From: Candidatus Eiseniibacteriota bacterium | GTDB lineage: Bacteria > Eisenbacteria > RBG-16-71-46 > SZUA-252 | DNA length: 64,000 bases | Direction: 5' to 3' | Assembly: GCA_031370645.1 (NCBI GenBank) | Contig: JANMQV010000171.1 | Location: forward strand, 23,810 to 87,809 | In this document: positions 51,457-61,460 of the stretch, in pieces | How positions within the stretch are numbered: position 1 is the stretch's first letter | How the letters are laid out: each line of letters opens with the position of its first letter | Translations under genes and position numbers: made by a program | The notes under the pieces: generated by a model | Databases searched by the model: none | What the model was told of the DNA's origin: nothing | The model's input: the letters and a program-made list of their open reading frames with translations, nothing else

Positions 51457-53225
51457 GCGGTCGCCTCCGTGAGATAGCGGTCGAGTTCGGCCGCGGTCAT
51501 CGGCGTCCCTCCGCTCCGCGTGATTCGCTTCGCCTCGCGGAGGTCGGTGAGACTCGAAAGGTAGCGGTGGAATTGCCCCTGATAGTTCATCTCGACGATG
51601 GCCAGCGACTGAAGGCCGCGGCGCCACGATTCGAAGCCCTCGAGCGGGAAGGGATGGATGATCTCGGGGAGGAACACGCGATAGTCCGGATGCGCCGCGA
51701 CCCACTCGCGAAGGAGTCCGTACTCGCTCCCCCACGATACGATGCCGCGCGGCGCTTCCTCCGCGCCGAGCGTCCGATACCAGTCGCGCGTGTCGCGCGC
51801 GATCGCCGTCAGTTTTCGGAACCGCTTCTCGTTCATGCGGTGATGCATGGTCGTGTCGGCGGTTGGATTTCCCTCCGCGGTATGCTCGATGCCGGCCGCG
51901 AGGTACGTGCCGCCCACGTCGCCCGGCACGCGGAAGGCGTTCACGCCCTCCTCGGAGCCGAGGTCGAACCGGGCGGGGCCGTTCGCTTCCGTCCATCGCT
52001 CCCGCACGGGAGCCGCCCGCCGCGTCGTCTCCGCGTCGCGGATCTGGCGGCGTTGCGCGATGTAGGCGTCGGAGAGGACGAGGACGGGAAGTTGATAGCG
52101 CTCGGCAAGGAGCATGGCGCGGTACATCACGTCGCGCCCGTGAACGACGTCGAAGACGCCGAGGACCGCGCGGGGGAAATCGCCATGTCCCCCGTAGATC
52201 GCATGGAAGAGGTCCGACTGTTCGGTGCGCGACGGCATGCCGGTCGCCGGGCCGGCCCGCTGGCAGTCGACGATGACGGCCGGAAGCTCCGCCATGCTGG
52301 AGAGCCCAATCATCTCCGTCATGAGCGAGAGCCCCGGCCCGCTCGTCGCCGTCATCGACGGCACGCCGCCGAACGAAGCGCCGAGCACCATCCCCATGGC
52401 GGCGATCTCATCTTCCGCCTGCACGACGCGCCCCCCGGCCGCGGGTAACTCCTCGATGAGCGTCTCCATGACCTCCGACGAAGGGGTGATGGGATAGCCC
52501 GCGAAGAATTTAAGTCCCGCGGCGATGGCGCCGCGCGCGATCGCCTCATTCCCCGATTCGGCGAAGAGGCCGTGCCCCTTCCCTTCCGGCGCCCGTCGCT
52601 CGGGAGGATTGGGGGCGGTCAAACCGGTCGCGAGCGCTTCCAGGTTTGCTTGAAGCCGGTCGCGGCGATGGCCGAAGCGGCGCCGAAGCGCGTCTTCCGC
52701 CAGCGTCTGCGGCCAGCCGAGCACGCGGCAGAGGAGCCCCAGGCCGAGCATGTTCTTCGGCGGCCCCTCCACCTCGAGCCCCTCCTCGAATCGCGCGAAC
52801 GGGAAGCGGTAGGGAGCCTCCTCGGTGTGCCCAAGCCACTCGGGCGGGTCGCCCGCCTCTTCCCGATCGATCACGACGACGCTCCCCGAATGGAGCCGGA
52901 GCGCGCCTTGGAATCGATTCAGGTCGCGGAGGCGGAGGCAAAGGAGAACGTCTACCTGGTCCCCTTCATAGAGCACTTCGCGCTCCGAGATCCGCACGAT
53001 CGCGGCCGACTCTCCCCCGCGGATCTGGGGGCCGTACGACTGGACCATGATCCCGTAGAGCCCCTGGCGCGCGGCCATTCCGAGTACCAGGTCGCCGAGG
53101 AGCGCCACGCCGTCGCCGCCGCTTCCGACGAGTGCGAGAACGAGAGATCGCGGCGAAGCGAGCCTCGGAACGGACGGGATGAGAGAGGCGCTTCGAGGAA
53201 CGGGCGCGGACGCCGACGGTTTCAT
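51453..53225 (-). CDS. korA: 2-oxoacid:ferredoxin oxidoreductase alpha subunit (gamma-alpha fusion)
   Basis: GSGGDG, QIRGGES, GYPITPSS, EDEIAA, TSGPG, QRAGPATG.P. Confidence 0.92.
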   Translation of the reverse strand: MKPSASAPVPRSASLIPSVPRLASPRSLVLALVGSGGDGVALLGDLVLGMAARQGLYGIMVQSYGPQIRGGESAAIVRISEREVLYEGDQVDVLLCLRLRDLNRFQGALRLHSGSVVVIDREEAGDPPEWLGHTEEAPYRFPFARFEEGLEVEGPPKNMLGLGLLCRVLGWPQTLAEDALRRRFGHRRDRLQANLEALATGLTAPNPPERRAPEGKGHGLFAESGNEAIARGAIAAGLKFFAGYPITPSSEVMETLIEELPAAGGRVVQAEDEIAAMGMVLGASFGGVPSMTATSGPGLSLMTEMIGLSSMAELPAVIVDCQRAGPATGMPSRTEQSDLFHAIYGGHGDFPRAVLGVFDVVHGRDVMYRAMLLAERYQLPVLVLSDAYIAQRRQIRDAETTRRAAPVRERWTEANGPARFDLGSEEGVNAFRVPGDVGGTYLAAGIEHTAEGNPTADTTMHHRMNEKRFRKLTAIARDTRDWYRTLGAEEAPRGIVSWGSEYGLLREWVAAHPDYRVFLPEIIHPFPLEGFESWRRGLQSLAIVEMNYQGQFHRYLSSLTDLREAKRITRSGGTPMTAAELDRYLTEATA

Positions 53226-53229
53226 CGTT

Positions 53230-54099
53230 TCAACCCTCCAGGGACGGTTCGACGGGTTCGGGACGCGGACGCTGGCCGATGCGGTGAAGGATCGTGCTGG
53301 GGCAGATGTCGACGCACACTTCCTCGCACGTCGGCCCGTACGCGAGACAGACGTCGTGATGAATGATAATCGTCCGGCCGTCCCACTCGATGGCCCCGGC
53401 CGGGCACTTGGAGACGCACTTCCGACAGAGCGTGCAGCCGACCATGCAGGTGGAACGCACCACCGCCTGCTTGTCCTTGGCGACACACGAGAGTTCGATC
53501 CGGCGGTTGCGCGGATAGAGTTGGAAGAGCTCCTTCGGGCAGACCGGCACGCAGACGCCGCAACCGGTGCACTTCTCGTAATCCACGGCCGCGATACCGC
53601 CGTCGCTCAGGTAGAGCGCGTCGAACGGGCAGGCGCGAACGCAATCGCCAAGCCCGAGGCAGCCGTTCTTGCACGCCTTCGGCCCACCGAAGACGAGCGA
53701 CGCGGCGGCGCAGGTGTCGAGCCCGACGTAGCGCGCCTCCTCCCGGGCGAAAGCGCTCGTCCCGTGGCAGCGCATGACGACGATCCGGTCGGCGACCGTT
53801 CCCACTTCCTTGCCGGTGAGCCGGGCGACCGCCGCCGCCACGGCGGCGCGACCGGGAATACAGAGATTGGGCGAGACGTCCTGACGCTCCACGACCGCCT
53901 CGGCGTAGGCGAGGCAGCCCGCGAAGCCGCAGGCGCCGCAGTTCGCCGAAGGCAACTTGTCACGCACCTCGTCCACGATCGGGTTGCTCGGAACGTGGAA
54001 GCGCCGCGCCACCATCGCGAGCGACACGCCGAAGACGACTCCGATCGAGGTGAATACCCCGAGTCCGTAGAGCGCGGTCTGGACGGCGGTGGCGTTCAT
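53230..54099 (-). CDS. rnfB: Rnf subunit B (polyferredoxin)
   Basis: N-terminal TM, LPSANCGACGFAGC, several CxxCxxCxxxCP-type motifs. Confidence 0.93.
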   Translation of the reverse strand: MNATAVQTALYGLGVFTSIGVVFGVSLAMVARRFHVPSNPIVDEVRDKLPSANCGACGFAGCLAYAEAVVERQDVSPNLCIPGRAAVAAAVARLTGKEVGTVADRIVVMRCHGTSAFAREEARYVGLDTCAAASLVFGGPKACKNGCLGLGDCVRACPFDALYLSDGGIAAVDYEKCTGCGVCVPVCPKELFQLYPRNRRIELSCVAKDKQAVVRSTCMVGCTLCRKCVSKCPAGAIEWDGRTIIIHHDVCLAYGPTCEEVCVDICPSTILHRIGQRPRPEPVEPSLEG

Positions 54100-54103
54100 G
54101 CGA

Positions 54104-55084
54104 TCACCGGAGGAACGACAGTCCCGAGAAACCCATGAACGCCAGGGCGAAGAGCCCGGCCAGCGTGAACGCGATCGGGAGGCCCTGGAACGCCGCGGGG
54201 ACGCGCGCGAGTTCCAGCCTCTCCCGGGCGCACGACATGAGGAAGAGGGCGAGCGCAAAACCGATGCCCGAGCCGAGCGCGAGCGCGAACGACTCGGCCG
54301 GCCCCGAATTCGCCGCGGCATTCAGAAGCGGCACGGCCAGAATGATGCAATTCGTCGTGATGAGCATCAGGTAGACGCCCCAGCGCTGGTGGAGCGCCCG
54401 GTGGGTCTTCTTCAAGATCGTGTCGAGCGCCTGCACCAGGAACGCCACCACGCCGATGAAGACGAGCACCTGAAGAAACCGGAGCTTGAGCGGCACCATG
54501 ACGAGCGAGAAGAGCGCCCAGGAGAGCATGGCGCTCAGGATCATCACGATGCTGAAGGTGATCCCCATCCCGATCGCGGTGTCGCGCTTCTTCGAGACGC
54601 CGAAGAAGATGCAGAGGCCGAGATAGCGGGTGAAGACGAAGTTGTTGATGAGCGCCGACGAGAGAACGACCGTCAAGAGGAGCGCCCAGGGCGCGGGGCG
54701 AACGTCGCGCGCCGCCACCGGGTTGCGCATCTCGATCCGGTACGCCGCGGAGGGATCGAGGCGTTCTCCAACCGTCAGAAGGACGCGGTTTCCCGGCACG
54801 GCCACAACGTCGCGGATCTCGATCGGAACATCGGGAGCACGCGCGTCCGTGAGTCGGAAATTCGCCGGGTCGGGCGCGATCGCTGGAGCGGCAAGTTCGA
54901 GGCGCACATGATCGGGAGCGAGGATTCGGGCGCCGCGGATGAAGCTCCCGGCCGTTGAAGTGGACGCGGCGGGCGCCGCCATCGCGACCGAGGCGAACGC
55001 GACGACGAGCAGCGCGAATCCGGCGACGACGGTGATCCACCTTCCTAGCCTCGCCGAACGCCGCGAGCGATCAAGCGTGGCCAT
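54104..55084 (-). CDS. rnfA: Rnf subunit A with an N-terminal extension of about 130 aa
   Basis: LINNFV..YLGLC, LITTNC, RERL...VP..FQG.PI, AFMGF; strong RBS GGAGGAGG at ATG 55084. Confidence 0.9.
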   Translation of the reverse strand: MATLDRSRRSARLGRWITVVAGFALLVVAFASVAMAAPAASTSTAGSFIRGARILAPDHVRLELAAPAIAPDPANFRLTDARAPDVPIEIRDVVAVPGNRVLLTVGERLDPSAAYRIEMRNPVAARDVRPAPWALLLTVVLSSALINNFVFTRYLGLCIFFGVSKKRDTAIGMGITFSIVMILSAMLSWALFSLVMVPLKLRFLQVLVFIGVVAFLVQALDTILKKTHRALHQRWGVYLMLITTNCIILAVPLLNAAANSGPAESFALALGSGIGFALALFLMSCARERLELARVPAAFQGLPIAFTLAGLFALAFMGFSGLSFLR

Positions 55085-55739
55085 GGCCGCCTCCTCCGCC
55101 TCTCGCCGGCGCCTTGCCGCCGCCGCGCCACCGCTCGACCGCGTTGAAGAACGCCATCAGGAGTCCGATCGAGAAGAAGCCGCCCGCCGGAAGCGCGAAG
55201 AAGAGGAGCGGCTTCTCGGGCACGATGGCGTAGCCGAAGATCGAGCCGCTTCCCAGCACCTCGCGAAAGATGCCGATCACGATCAGCGCGAAGAGGAATC
55301 CGAGACCCATGCCGAGGCCGTCCCAGAAAGTGGGAATGAGCGGCATGCGCGACGCGAAGACCTCGAGCCGCGAGATGATGATCGCGAAGGCGACGATCAG
55401 CTTCACGTAGAGCCCCACCTGCGCGTAGAGCGCCGGGAAGAAGCCGGCGAGGACCATGTCGATGGCGCTCACCCAGACGGCGATGATGATCGTGTAGATC
55501 GGAATTCGGACGCGCGGATGGATAGCCCGGCGCGTGAGGGCCACGGTTACGCTCGAGAGAACTTGCACGAGCAGCACGGCCACGCCGAGCATGAGCCCGT
55601 TGGCGACGGTCGTGGTCACCGCGACCGCCGGGCAAAGCGAGAGCGCGAGCCGGAACACCGGGTTTTCGCCGAAGATCCCATTCATCAGGAGCTCTCGGGC
55701 GCCGGGCGCCTTCACTCGAAGCGGAATCGGCTGGCTCAT
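55071..55739 (-). CDS. rnfE: Rnf subunit E
   Basis: ENPVF..LSLCPAVAVT, VRIP, DGLGMGLGF, REVLGSG, LPAGGF. Confidence 0.92.
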   Translation of the reverse strand: MSQPIPLRVKAPGARELLMNGIFGENPVFRLALSLCPAVAVTTTVANGLMLGVAVLLVQVLSSVTVALTRRAIHPRVRIPIYTIIIAVWVSAIDMVLAGFFPALYAQVGLYVKLIVAFAIIISRLEVFASRMPLIPTFWDGLGMGLGFLFALIVIGIFREVLGSGSIFGYAIVPEKPLLFFALPAGGFFSIGLLMAFFNAVERWRGGGKAPARGGGGGHGHA

Positions 55740-56659
55740 CGTGCTCCCTCCGGCTTGCTCGGCTCGAGGAGCCGCGGACCGATCAATTCCCAGCGGTGGC
55801 GGAAGTGAAGGATCGTGGCGCGCACGCCGTCGGTGAGCGCCCGGCTCGAGATGGTCGCCCCGGTCACGGCATAGATCGGTTTCTCCGCTTCGCGCTTCTC
55901 GATCGGGCCAAAACGCAATGCCCAGTCGCCCGCGTCCGAACCGGCGCGCGCGCGAAGCGCCCCGCGCCAATCCTCCGGCATCGGGTCGCGCGTCACGTCG
56001 AGCCGCGATACCGCGGAGAGATCGCGACCGACGTACTGCCCCTGAAACCAGCGCGTCGCGACCTCGGCGCCGAGTCCGGGGTCTTCCTCGTGCTCCACGA
56101 CGCGCACGCCCGCGATCTTCCACTCCGGACCGAGCGCCACGAAAAACCGGATGCGGTTCTTGTAGCCGCGCGACTCTCCTTCGGCGACGAATCCGGCCGC
56201 GGCGCCGGCGCGCGTCGCGATGAAGAGGCGCCCCAGCGACTGGAGCTCGCGTGTCGCCGCTTCTTCCGCGGCGCCACCGGCGAGCGCGCCGTCCCGGACG
56301 AGCGTTCCATCGAGTGAGAAGACGAGCTCGCGACCCGAGACGCCCGCCTCCGCGGGAACCTGATAGACGACGGCGTCGCGGGCCGGGCTCAGGAACTGCC
56401 TCACTTCGAGAACACGCGAGCCTTCGTCGAGACCGAGCAACTCCGCGACGGCGCGACGCTCCCCACGCACGCGTGCTTCTTCCGCGTAGCGTTCGGTCGC
56501 GACGTAGATGCCGCCCAGGATCGCGGCGCCGATGGCGCACGTCGCGGTCATCGAGGCGACGATCTTCCAGAGTTCCCCGGCGCCTCCTGAGGCGGGAACG
56601 GCCGCTCGCAGGTTGGTTCCTTCGGTGCCGGTCGCCACGGTCGGATCGAGTTCGGTCAT
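55736..56659 (-). CDS. rnfG: Rnf subunit G (FMN-binding)
   Basis: N-terminal TM, GY, HEEDPGLG, VTGATISS flavinylation motif. Confidence 0.9.
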   Translation of the reverse strand: MTELDPTVATGTEGTNLRAAVPASGGAGELWKIVASMTATCAIGAAILGGIYVATERYAEEARVRGERRAVAELLGLDEGSRVLEVRQFLSPARDAVVYQVPAEAGVSGRELVFSLDGTLVRDGALAGGAAEEAATRELQSLGRLFIATRAGAAAGFVAEGESRGYKNRIRFFVALGPEWKIAGVRVVEHEEDPGLGAEVATRWFQGQYVGRDLSAVSRLDVTRDPMPEDWRGALRARAGSDAGDWALRFGPIEKREAEKPIYAVTGATISSRALTDGVRATILHFRHRWELIGPRLLEPSKPEGAR

Positions 56660-57666
56660 GACGGCGATCCCGCGAAGAGCGGCCGGCGTGGGCGGAACCA
56701 GAGATTCAGCGCCGGGACCATCGTGTTCGCGATCAGGATCGCGTAGCAGATTCCTTCGGGGTATCCGCCGTAGAGGCGGATCACGCCCGTCAGGGCGCCG
56801 ATGAGAAGCCCAAAGACGATCTGCCCGTTTCGCGTGTTCGGCGACGTGACGTAGTCGGTCGCCATGAAGAGCGCCCCGAGCCAGAGCCCGCCCGAGAGGA
56901 GATGAAGGCCCAGGCGCCCCGACGCGGCCGTGGTGAGAACGACGCCCGCGACAACCGAGAGCGGAATCGTGGGAGAGATGATTCGCCGCGCGAGGAGAAA
57001 CGCCCCACCGGCGAGAAGGAGGAGAACCGAGACTTCCCCGATCGATCCGGGTCGAAGTCCAATCAAGAGATTTACGTACGGCGATGCCGGCCCGCCCATC
57101 ACGCCCATGGCCGCCTCGATGCCGCGCTCGCGAAGCGCCCCGAGCGGCGTCGCGGTCGTCATGGCGTCGATCCCCGAGAACCAGGGCGCGGCGGTGGACC
57201 ATCCGGAAGTCATCGCGAGCGGAAACGTCGCCATCAAGAACGCGCGCGCCACGAGCGCCGGATTGAAGAGGTTGTAGCCGAGCCCTCCGAAAATCAATTT
57301 CGCGAAGACGATGGCGAAGAGACCGCCGAGAAACGCGGCCCACGCCGGAAGGAGCGGCGGGAGCGTCATCGCAAGGAGAAGCCCCGTACAGAAAGCGCTT
57401 CCGTCGCTCACCGAGGTGCGCGACTTAGGCCCTCGCGTCGCCACCCACTCGGCCGCCACCGCACCGGCGATCGAAGCCACGAGAACCGCGAGCGCCGGCA
57501 TTCCGAAGACCACGACGCCCCAGACGGCCGCGGGCGCAAGGGCGGCGTTCACCGTCCACATGATCTTCCGCGTCGTCTCGGAGGAGTGCACGTGAGGGCC
57601 CGGTCCGATGGTGAAGGCCGGCTCGTTCCGCTCGACCGCCGTCGGGTTCGCGTTCGCGTCGGTCAT
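56656..57666 (-). CDS. rnfD: Rnf subunit D
   Basis: GPH, DGSA..TG, FGGLG.N.FNPA, TTATPL, GSIGEVS, FMATD..TSP, YPEG. Confidence 0.94.
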   Translation of the reverse strand: MTDANANPTAVERNEPAFTIGPGPHVHSSETTRKIMWTVNAALAPAAVWGVVVFGMPALAVLVASIAGAVAAEWVATRGPKSRTSVSDGSAFCTGLLLAMTLPPLLPAWAAFLGGLFAIVFAKLIFGGLGYNLFNPALVARAFLMATFPLAMTSGWSTAAPWFSGIDAMTTATPLGALRERGIEAAMGVMGGPASPYVNLLIGLRPGSIGEVSVLLLLAGGAFLLARRIISPTIPLSVVAGVVLTTAASGRLGLHLLSGGLWLGALFMATDYVTSPNTRNGQIVFGLLIGALTGVIRLYGGYPEGICYAILIANTMVPALNLWFRPRRPLFAGSPS

Positions 57667-59018
57667 GCCTTCACCTTCAGTTCGACCGGGCGGCGGAGCG
57701 CCGACTTCGCGACCTGCATGAATTGGAGCAGGGGTCGCTCGGAGGGACAGACGTACGTGCAGCAGCCGCATTCGTAGCAGTCGAGCGGCCCGTACGGATC
57801 GGTATCGAGAATCTTCCCCGCTTCCACGCGAATCGAGACCTGGTCCGGCTCGAGTCCGAGCGGGCAGGCGTCGAGGCAGCGGCCGCACTGGATGCAGGGG
57901 CCGAATCCTCCCTCCATCGGGCCGGGACCCGTCAGGAGAAGGAGTCCGTTCATCCCCTTCACGACGGGAAGATCGAGGCGAGGGAGCGCCCGCCCCATCA
58001 TCGGTCCTCCCGCGATGAGGCGCGAGGTGTCGGGCCGCATGCCGCCGCACGCGTCGACGATCGCCTGAAGCAGCGTCCCGATCGGCACGCGAAGGTTTTT
58101 CGGCTGAAGCACACCCGGGCCGCTCACGGTCACGATTCGGTCGAGGAGCGGGCGGCGATATCGGATCGCGTGATGGACCGCGTGCGCGGTCGCGACGTTT
58201 TGCACCAAGACACCCACCGCCGTCGGGAGCGAGCGCGGCGGAATCACGCGGCCGGTGAGCGCGGTGACCAGCTGTCGCTCGGCGCCCTGCGGATAGCGCA
58301 CCTCGCACGGCACGACCTCGAAAGTCTGCTCTCCAAGCGGGACCTCGCGGGCGGCGGCACGAAGCGCCTCGACGGCGGGCATTTTATCGGCCTCGATCCC
58401 GACCAGCACACGCTTCACGCCGATCAGGCGAGCCATCGCGAGCGCGCCCTCCACGATCGCGGTCGGTTCCTCGAGCATGAGGCGGTGGTCGGAGGTCAGG
58501 TAGGGTTCGCACTCGGCGCCGTTCAGGACGAAGGTGTCGACACGAACATTCGGAGGGAGCGTCAGTTTCCGGTAGGTCGGGAAGGCCGCGCCCCCAAGGC
58601 CGACGATGCCGGCCTCCCGGATCCGCTCGAGCCTCGCTTCGCGCGGGAGGTCGCGCCAGCCGGGATCCTCCGGAAACTCCTGCTCCTCTTCTCCGTCTCT
58701 CGCGATGATGATCGACTCGACTGAGACGAGTGTGGGGTGCGGCCGTTTGTCGAGCGGCTTCACTTTTCCGCTGATCGTGGCGTGAAGCGGCGATCCGGTC
58801 GCGCCTCCTTCGGCGATCCTCTGCCCGCGGACGACCCGGTCCCCTTTCTTCACGAGTGGAGACGCGGGTTCTCCCAGGTGCTGGACCAGCGGGAGCCAGA
58901 CCTCGGGCGGGAGTGGCGACATCGTCTCGACCGGCAAGAGCGCCGTGTCGCGCTTGTGCGTACCGGGATGGACGCCGCCTCGTCCGAAGGTCTTGAGCTC
59001 GATCCGCTCGGTCGTCAT
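57663..59018 (-). CDS. rnfC: Rnf subunit C
   Basis: GGVHP, GIVGLGGAAFPT, NGAECEPY, YPQG.E, GGPMMG, two 4Fe-4S motifs; alternative GTG start at 59024. Confidence 0.95.
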   Translation of the reverse strand: MTTERIELKTFGRGGVHPGTHKRDTALLPVETMSPLPPEVWLPLVQHLGEPASPLVKKGDRVVRGQRIAEGGATGSPLHATISGKVKPLDKRPHPTLVSVESIIIARDGEEEQEFPEDPGWRDLPREARLERIREAGIVGLGGAAFPTYRKLTLPPNVRVDTFVLNGAECEPYLTSDHRLMLEEPTAIVEGALAMARLIGVKRVLVGIEADKMPAVEALRAAAREVPLGEQTFEVVPCEVRYPQGAERQLVTALTGRVIPPRSLPTAVGVLVQNVATAHAVHHAIRYRRPLLDRIVTVSGPGVLQPKNLRVPIGTLLQAIVDACGGMRPDTSRLIAGGPMMGRALPRLDLPVVKGMNGLLLLTGPGPMEGGFGPCIQCGRCLDACPLGLEPDQVSIRVEAGKILDTDPYGPLDCYECGCCTYVCPSERPLLQFMQVAKSALRRPVELKVKA

Positions 59019-59020
59019 TG

Positions 59021-60052
59021 TCACCCGATGAAGTGCGCCTCCAGGGCGCCCGGGAATCCGCGGAAGCGGCCGGGACCGAGGAGGAACGCCACGGTGGAGG
59101 AGCGATCGGAATCGACGCCGGTTCGCGCGCGAACGGTCGCGCTGAGCGGCCCTTTCGCCGGGCGGCCGCCGCGCGCGTCGAGGAGATGCCCGACGAGTGC
59201 CGCGCCGAGCCGGTGAGTTTGTTCGGAATTCCCGCTCGTCGCGATCGCCTCGTCGCGAAGCGTGAAGCGGCGGTCGACGGCGCCCGTCACGGGGTGCGCG
59301 ACGCCGATGCTCCATCCCGCCGCGTGCTCGTCGGGAACTCCCATCGCGTAGACGTTTCCGCCCACGTCGATCAGCCCCGAGGAGATCCCCTCGGCGCGGA
59401 GCGCGTCGATGGCGCGGTCGAGCGCCCACCCCTTCCCGATCGAACCGAGGTCGAGCCCCGCGCCGCGGCGCGTGAGCCCAACGGTTCCCGCCGTTCGGTC
59501 GACCACGACGAGATGGTGTCCCGTTCGGTGAAGCGCGTCGGCGATTTCCCGGTCGCTCGGAAAGCGGCTCCGTGGGGCGTCGTAGAACCCGTAGAGGCGC
59601 ATGAGCGGGAGCACGGTCGGGTCATAGACGCCGGCCGTTCGCCTCGCGCCGTCGCACGCCCGCTCCACGACATCGAGGAGGGCAGCCTCCACGGAGACGG
59701 CACGAACTCCGGCGGCGGCGTTGACGCGCGAGAGCTGGCTATCGTCGCGATGGATGCTCATCTGGCGGTCGACGAGCGAAATGGCGGCGAAGGCCCGTTC
59801 GATGCCTCGGGCGGCTCGCGATTCGTCGCCATCAACCGCGACGACGCGGATCCAGGTGCCGAGGGCGGGGCGCGCGGTCTCGAGCCGCGTTGGCCGGGCG
59901 CTCTTCGCGGAAACCGCGCGGCTCATGAACGGGACCACGCCCGCCCCGGCCAGGAGCCCGAGTTGGACCAGGAATCGGCGCCTGGCGGCCCGCGGTACCG
60001 ACGCAGAGGATGCGGGTGAATCGACGATATGGTCCGGTGACGGCTCGGCCAT
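59021..60052 (-). CDS. apbE: FAD:protein FMN transferase ApbE, Tat-exported
   Basis: RRRFL twin-arginine; YDPTV, DLGSIGKG, GG, ATSG, HLLD. Confidence 0.93.
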   Translation of the reverse strand: MAEPSPDHIVDSPASSASVPRAARRRFLVQLGLLAGAGVVPFMSRAVSAKSARPTRLETARPALGTWIRVVAVDGDESRAARGIERAFAAISLVDRQMSIHRDDSQLSRVNAAAGVRAVSVEAALLDVVERACDGARRTAGVYDPTVLPLMRLYGFYDAPRSRFPSDREIADALHRTGHHLVVVDRTAGTVGLTRRGAGLDLGSIGKGWALDRAIDALRAEGISSGLIDVGGNVYAMGVPDEHAAGWSIGVAHPVTGAVDRRFTLRDEAIATSGNSEQTHRLGAALVGHLLDARGGRPAKGPLSATVRARTGVDSDRSSTVAFLLGPGRFRGFPGALEAHFIG

Positions 60053-60264
60053 GGCGCGCTCCGATTCGAGACGGTTGGAAGGAGGCCGGCGCCCCATCAG
60101 AGAGCGGTCCGCGGCCCAAGATCCCCTGCTGAATAAGGTACGGCCGCGCTCCTTCGGACTCGCATGGCGCAATGGGTCCATGCCCCTTGGTACCTAAGTA
60201 CCCGGATTCAGCGAAGCGGCGCTGTGGCAAAGTCTTGCAAGGAAAACAGCCAAGGAGGTTTCAG

Positions 60265-60471
60265 ATGCCGAACGTACCGATCTTCTTCGTCGACCAGGAT
60301 CTTTGCACCGAATGCGGCGATTGCATCAAGCTCCTACCGCAGGCCTTCCGCAAGGTGGAGGACGAGGAGGTCGCCGAGGTCTACAGCGAGTTGGACGAAG
60401 CGAATCGCCCCAAGCTGGAGAAGATCATGGCCGAATGCCCCGGCCACGCGATTCTCTGGAAGAAGAAGTAG
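60265..60471 (+). CDS. Single-cluster [4Fe-4S] ferredoxin
   Basis: CTECGDC...ECP; RBS AAGGAGG. Confidence 0.92.
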   Translation: MPNVPIFFVDQDLCTECGDCIKLLPQAFRKVEDEEVAEVYSELDEANRPKLEKIMAECPGHAILWKKK

Positions 60472-60476
60472 CGGCC

Positions 60477-61460
60477 GTGCAAGCTCCCGCGGCGGCGTCC
60501 GATCTTCAAAAACTCCTCCGGACCTCCGTCCTCGAAGTGCGAGGCGACGGGAAGGCGGGAGGGGGACTCGTGCTCGCCTTCCAGAGCCTCGCGAGCCTCA
60601 TGCTTTGCGACGACGACATGCACGTGCAGGAGTGGCCCTTCTTCTCCAGCGCGCGGCGCGGCGCGAATATCCGCTCGTTCCTCCGGATCAGCCGGCGTCC
60701 GATCCAGTACGCCTGTGAGGTGACTCGCCCGCGGCTGGCGGTCCTGATGGACGAGGGAGCGGCCCGCTCCGTCGATTTCGCGCAGGGCGTCCCGCCCGGG
60801 GGCACCTTCGTGCTGAATACGCGCCACACGCCCGAGGAGTGCGCCCGGCACTATTGCCTCACGGGGCGCGTGGTGACGGTGCCCGGCGACGATATCGGTA
60901 CGACGCACCTGAAGCACGCGATCGGCAACGTCTCCCTCTACGTCGCGACCGCCCGCGCCATCGGCGGATTCAGCGTGGAGCAGGTGACCGACTCCTTCCT
61001 CCAAACGCTGAAGAAGCGGCGCGTCCCCACCTCGGTGCTCGACCGGAATCGGTCCGCGCTTCTCGCGTCGGCCGAATCGATCCGCGAAGGGATCTACGAC
61101 GAGGCGGGGCCCAACGATCATCCCCTTCCGGAGTGGTCGGGCTACGGCGATCTCCCGGTGGGTGCCCAAACGCCGCTTCGGCTGTCGCAGTCGAATCGCA
61201 CGGCCGATTACGCGCCGAGCGGACTCCGTCTTCGCTTCGAGGATCCGACGACCGCGTGCACCGGCTGCGCGCACTGCGTCACGAATTGCCCCGAGGGGAT
61301 CATTCGCTTCGTCCCCGACGCCGAGCGCGGACTTCTCGTCACCGGCGTCGATGTCGGCATGTTCTGCAAGCTTTGCGGCGAATGCATCGCCGTCTGTCCG
61401 GAGAAACTGTTCAAGGAAGTTCCGTTCGAGGATCGCTGGGAGGAGGTGTTGGCGTCGTGA
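60477..61460 (+). CDS. 2-oxoacid:ferredoxin oxidoreductase gamma-delta fusion
   Basis: Gamma-like RRGA...FLRIS...LNT; C-terminal CTGCAHCVTNCP and CKLCGECIAVCP. Confidence 0.85.
   Translation: MQAPAAASDLQKLLRTSVLEVRGDGKAGGGLVLAFQSLASLMLCDDDMHVQEWPFFSSARRGANIRSFLRISRRPIQYACEVTRPRLAVLMDEGAARSVDFAQGVPPGGTFVLNTRHTPEECARHYCLTGRVVTVPGDDIGTTHLKHAIGNVSLYVATARAIGGFSVEQVTDSFLQTLKKRRVPTSVLDRNRSALLASAESIREGIYDEAGPNDHPLPEWSGYGDLPVGAQTPLRLSQSNRTADYAPSGLRLRFEDPTTACTGCAHCVTNCPEGIIRFVPDAERGLLVTGVDVGMFCKLCGECIAVCPEKLFKEVPFEDRWEEVLAS

Noticed and set aside
60225-60240. Sigma54 promoter TGGCAAAGTCTTGCA upstream of the ferredoxin
   Set aside because: GG-to-GC spacing is 9 nt, not the required 10
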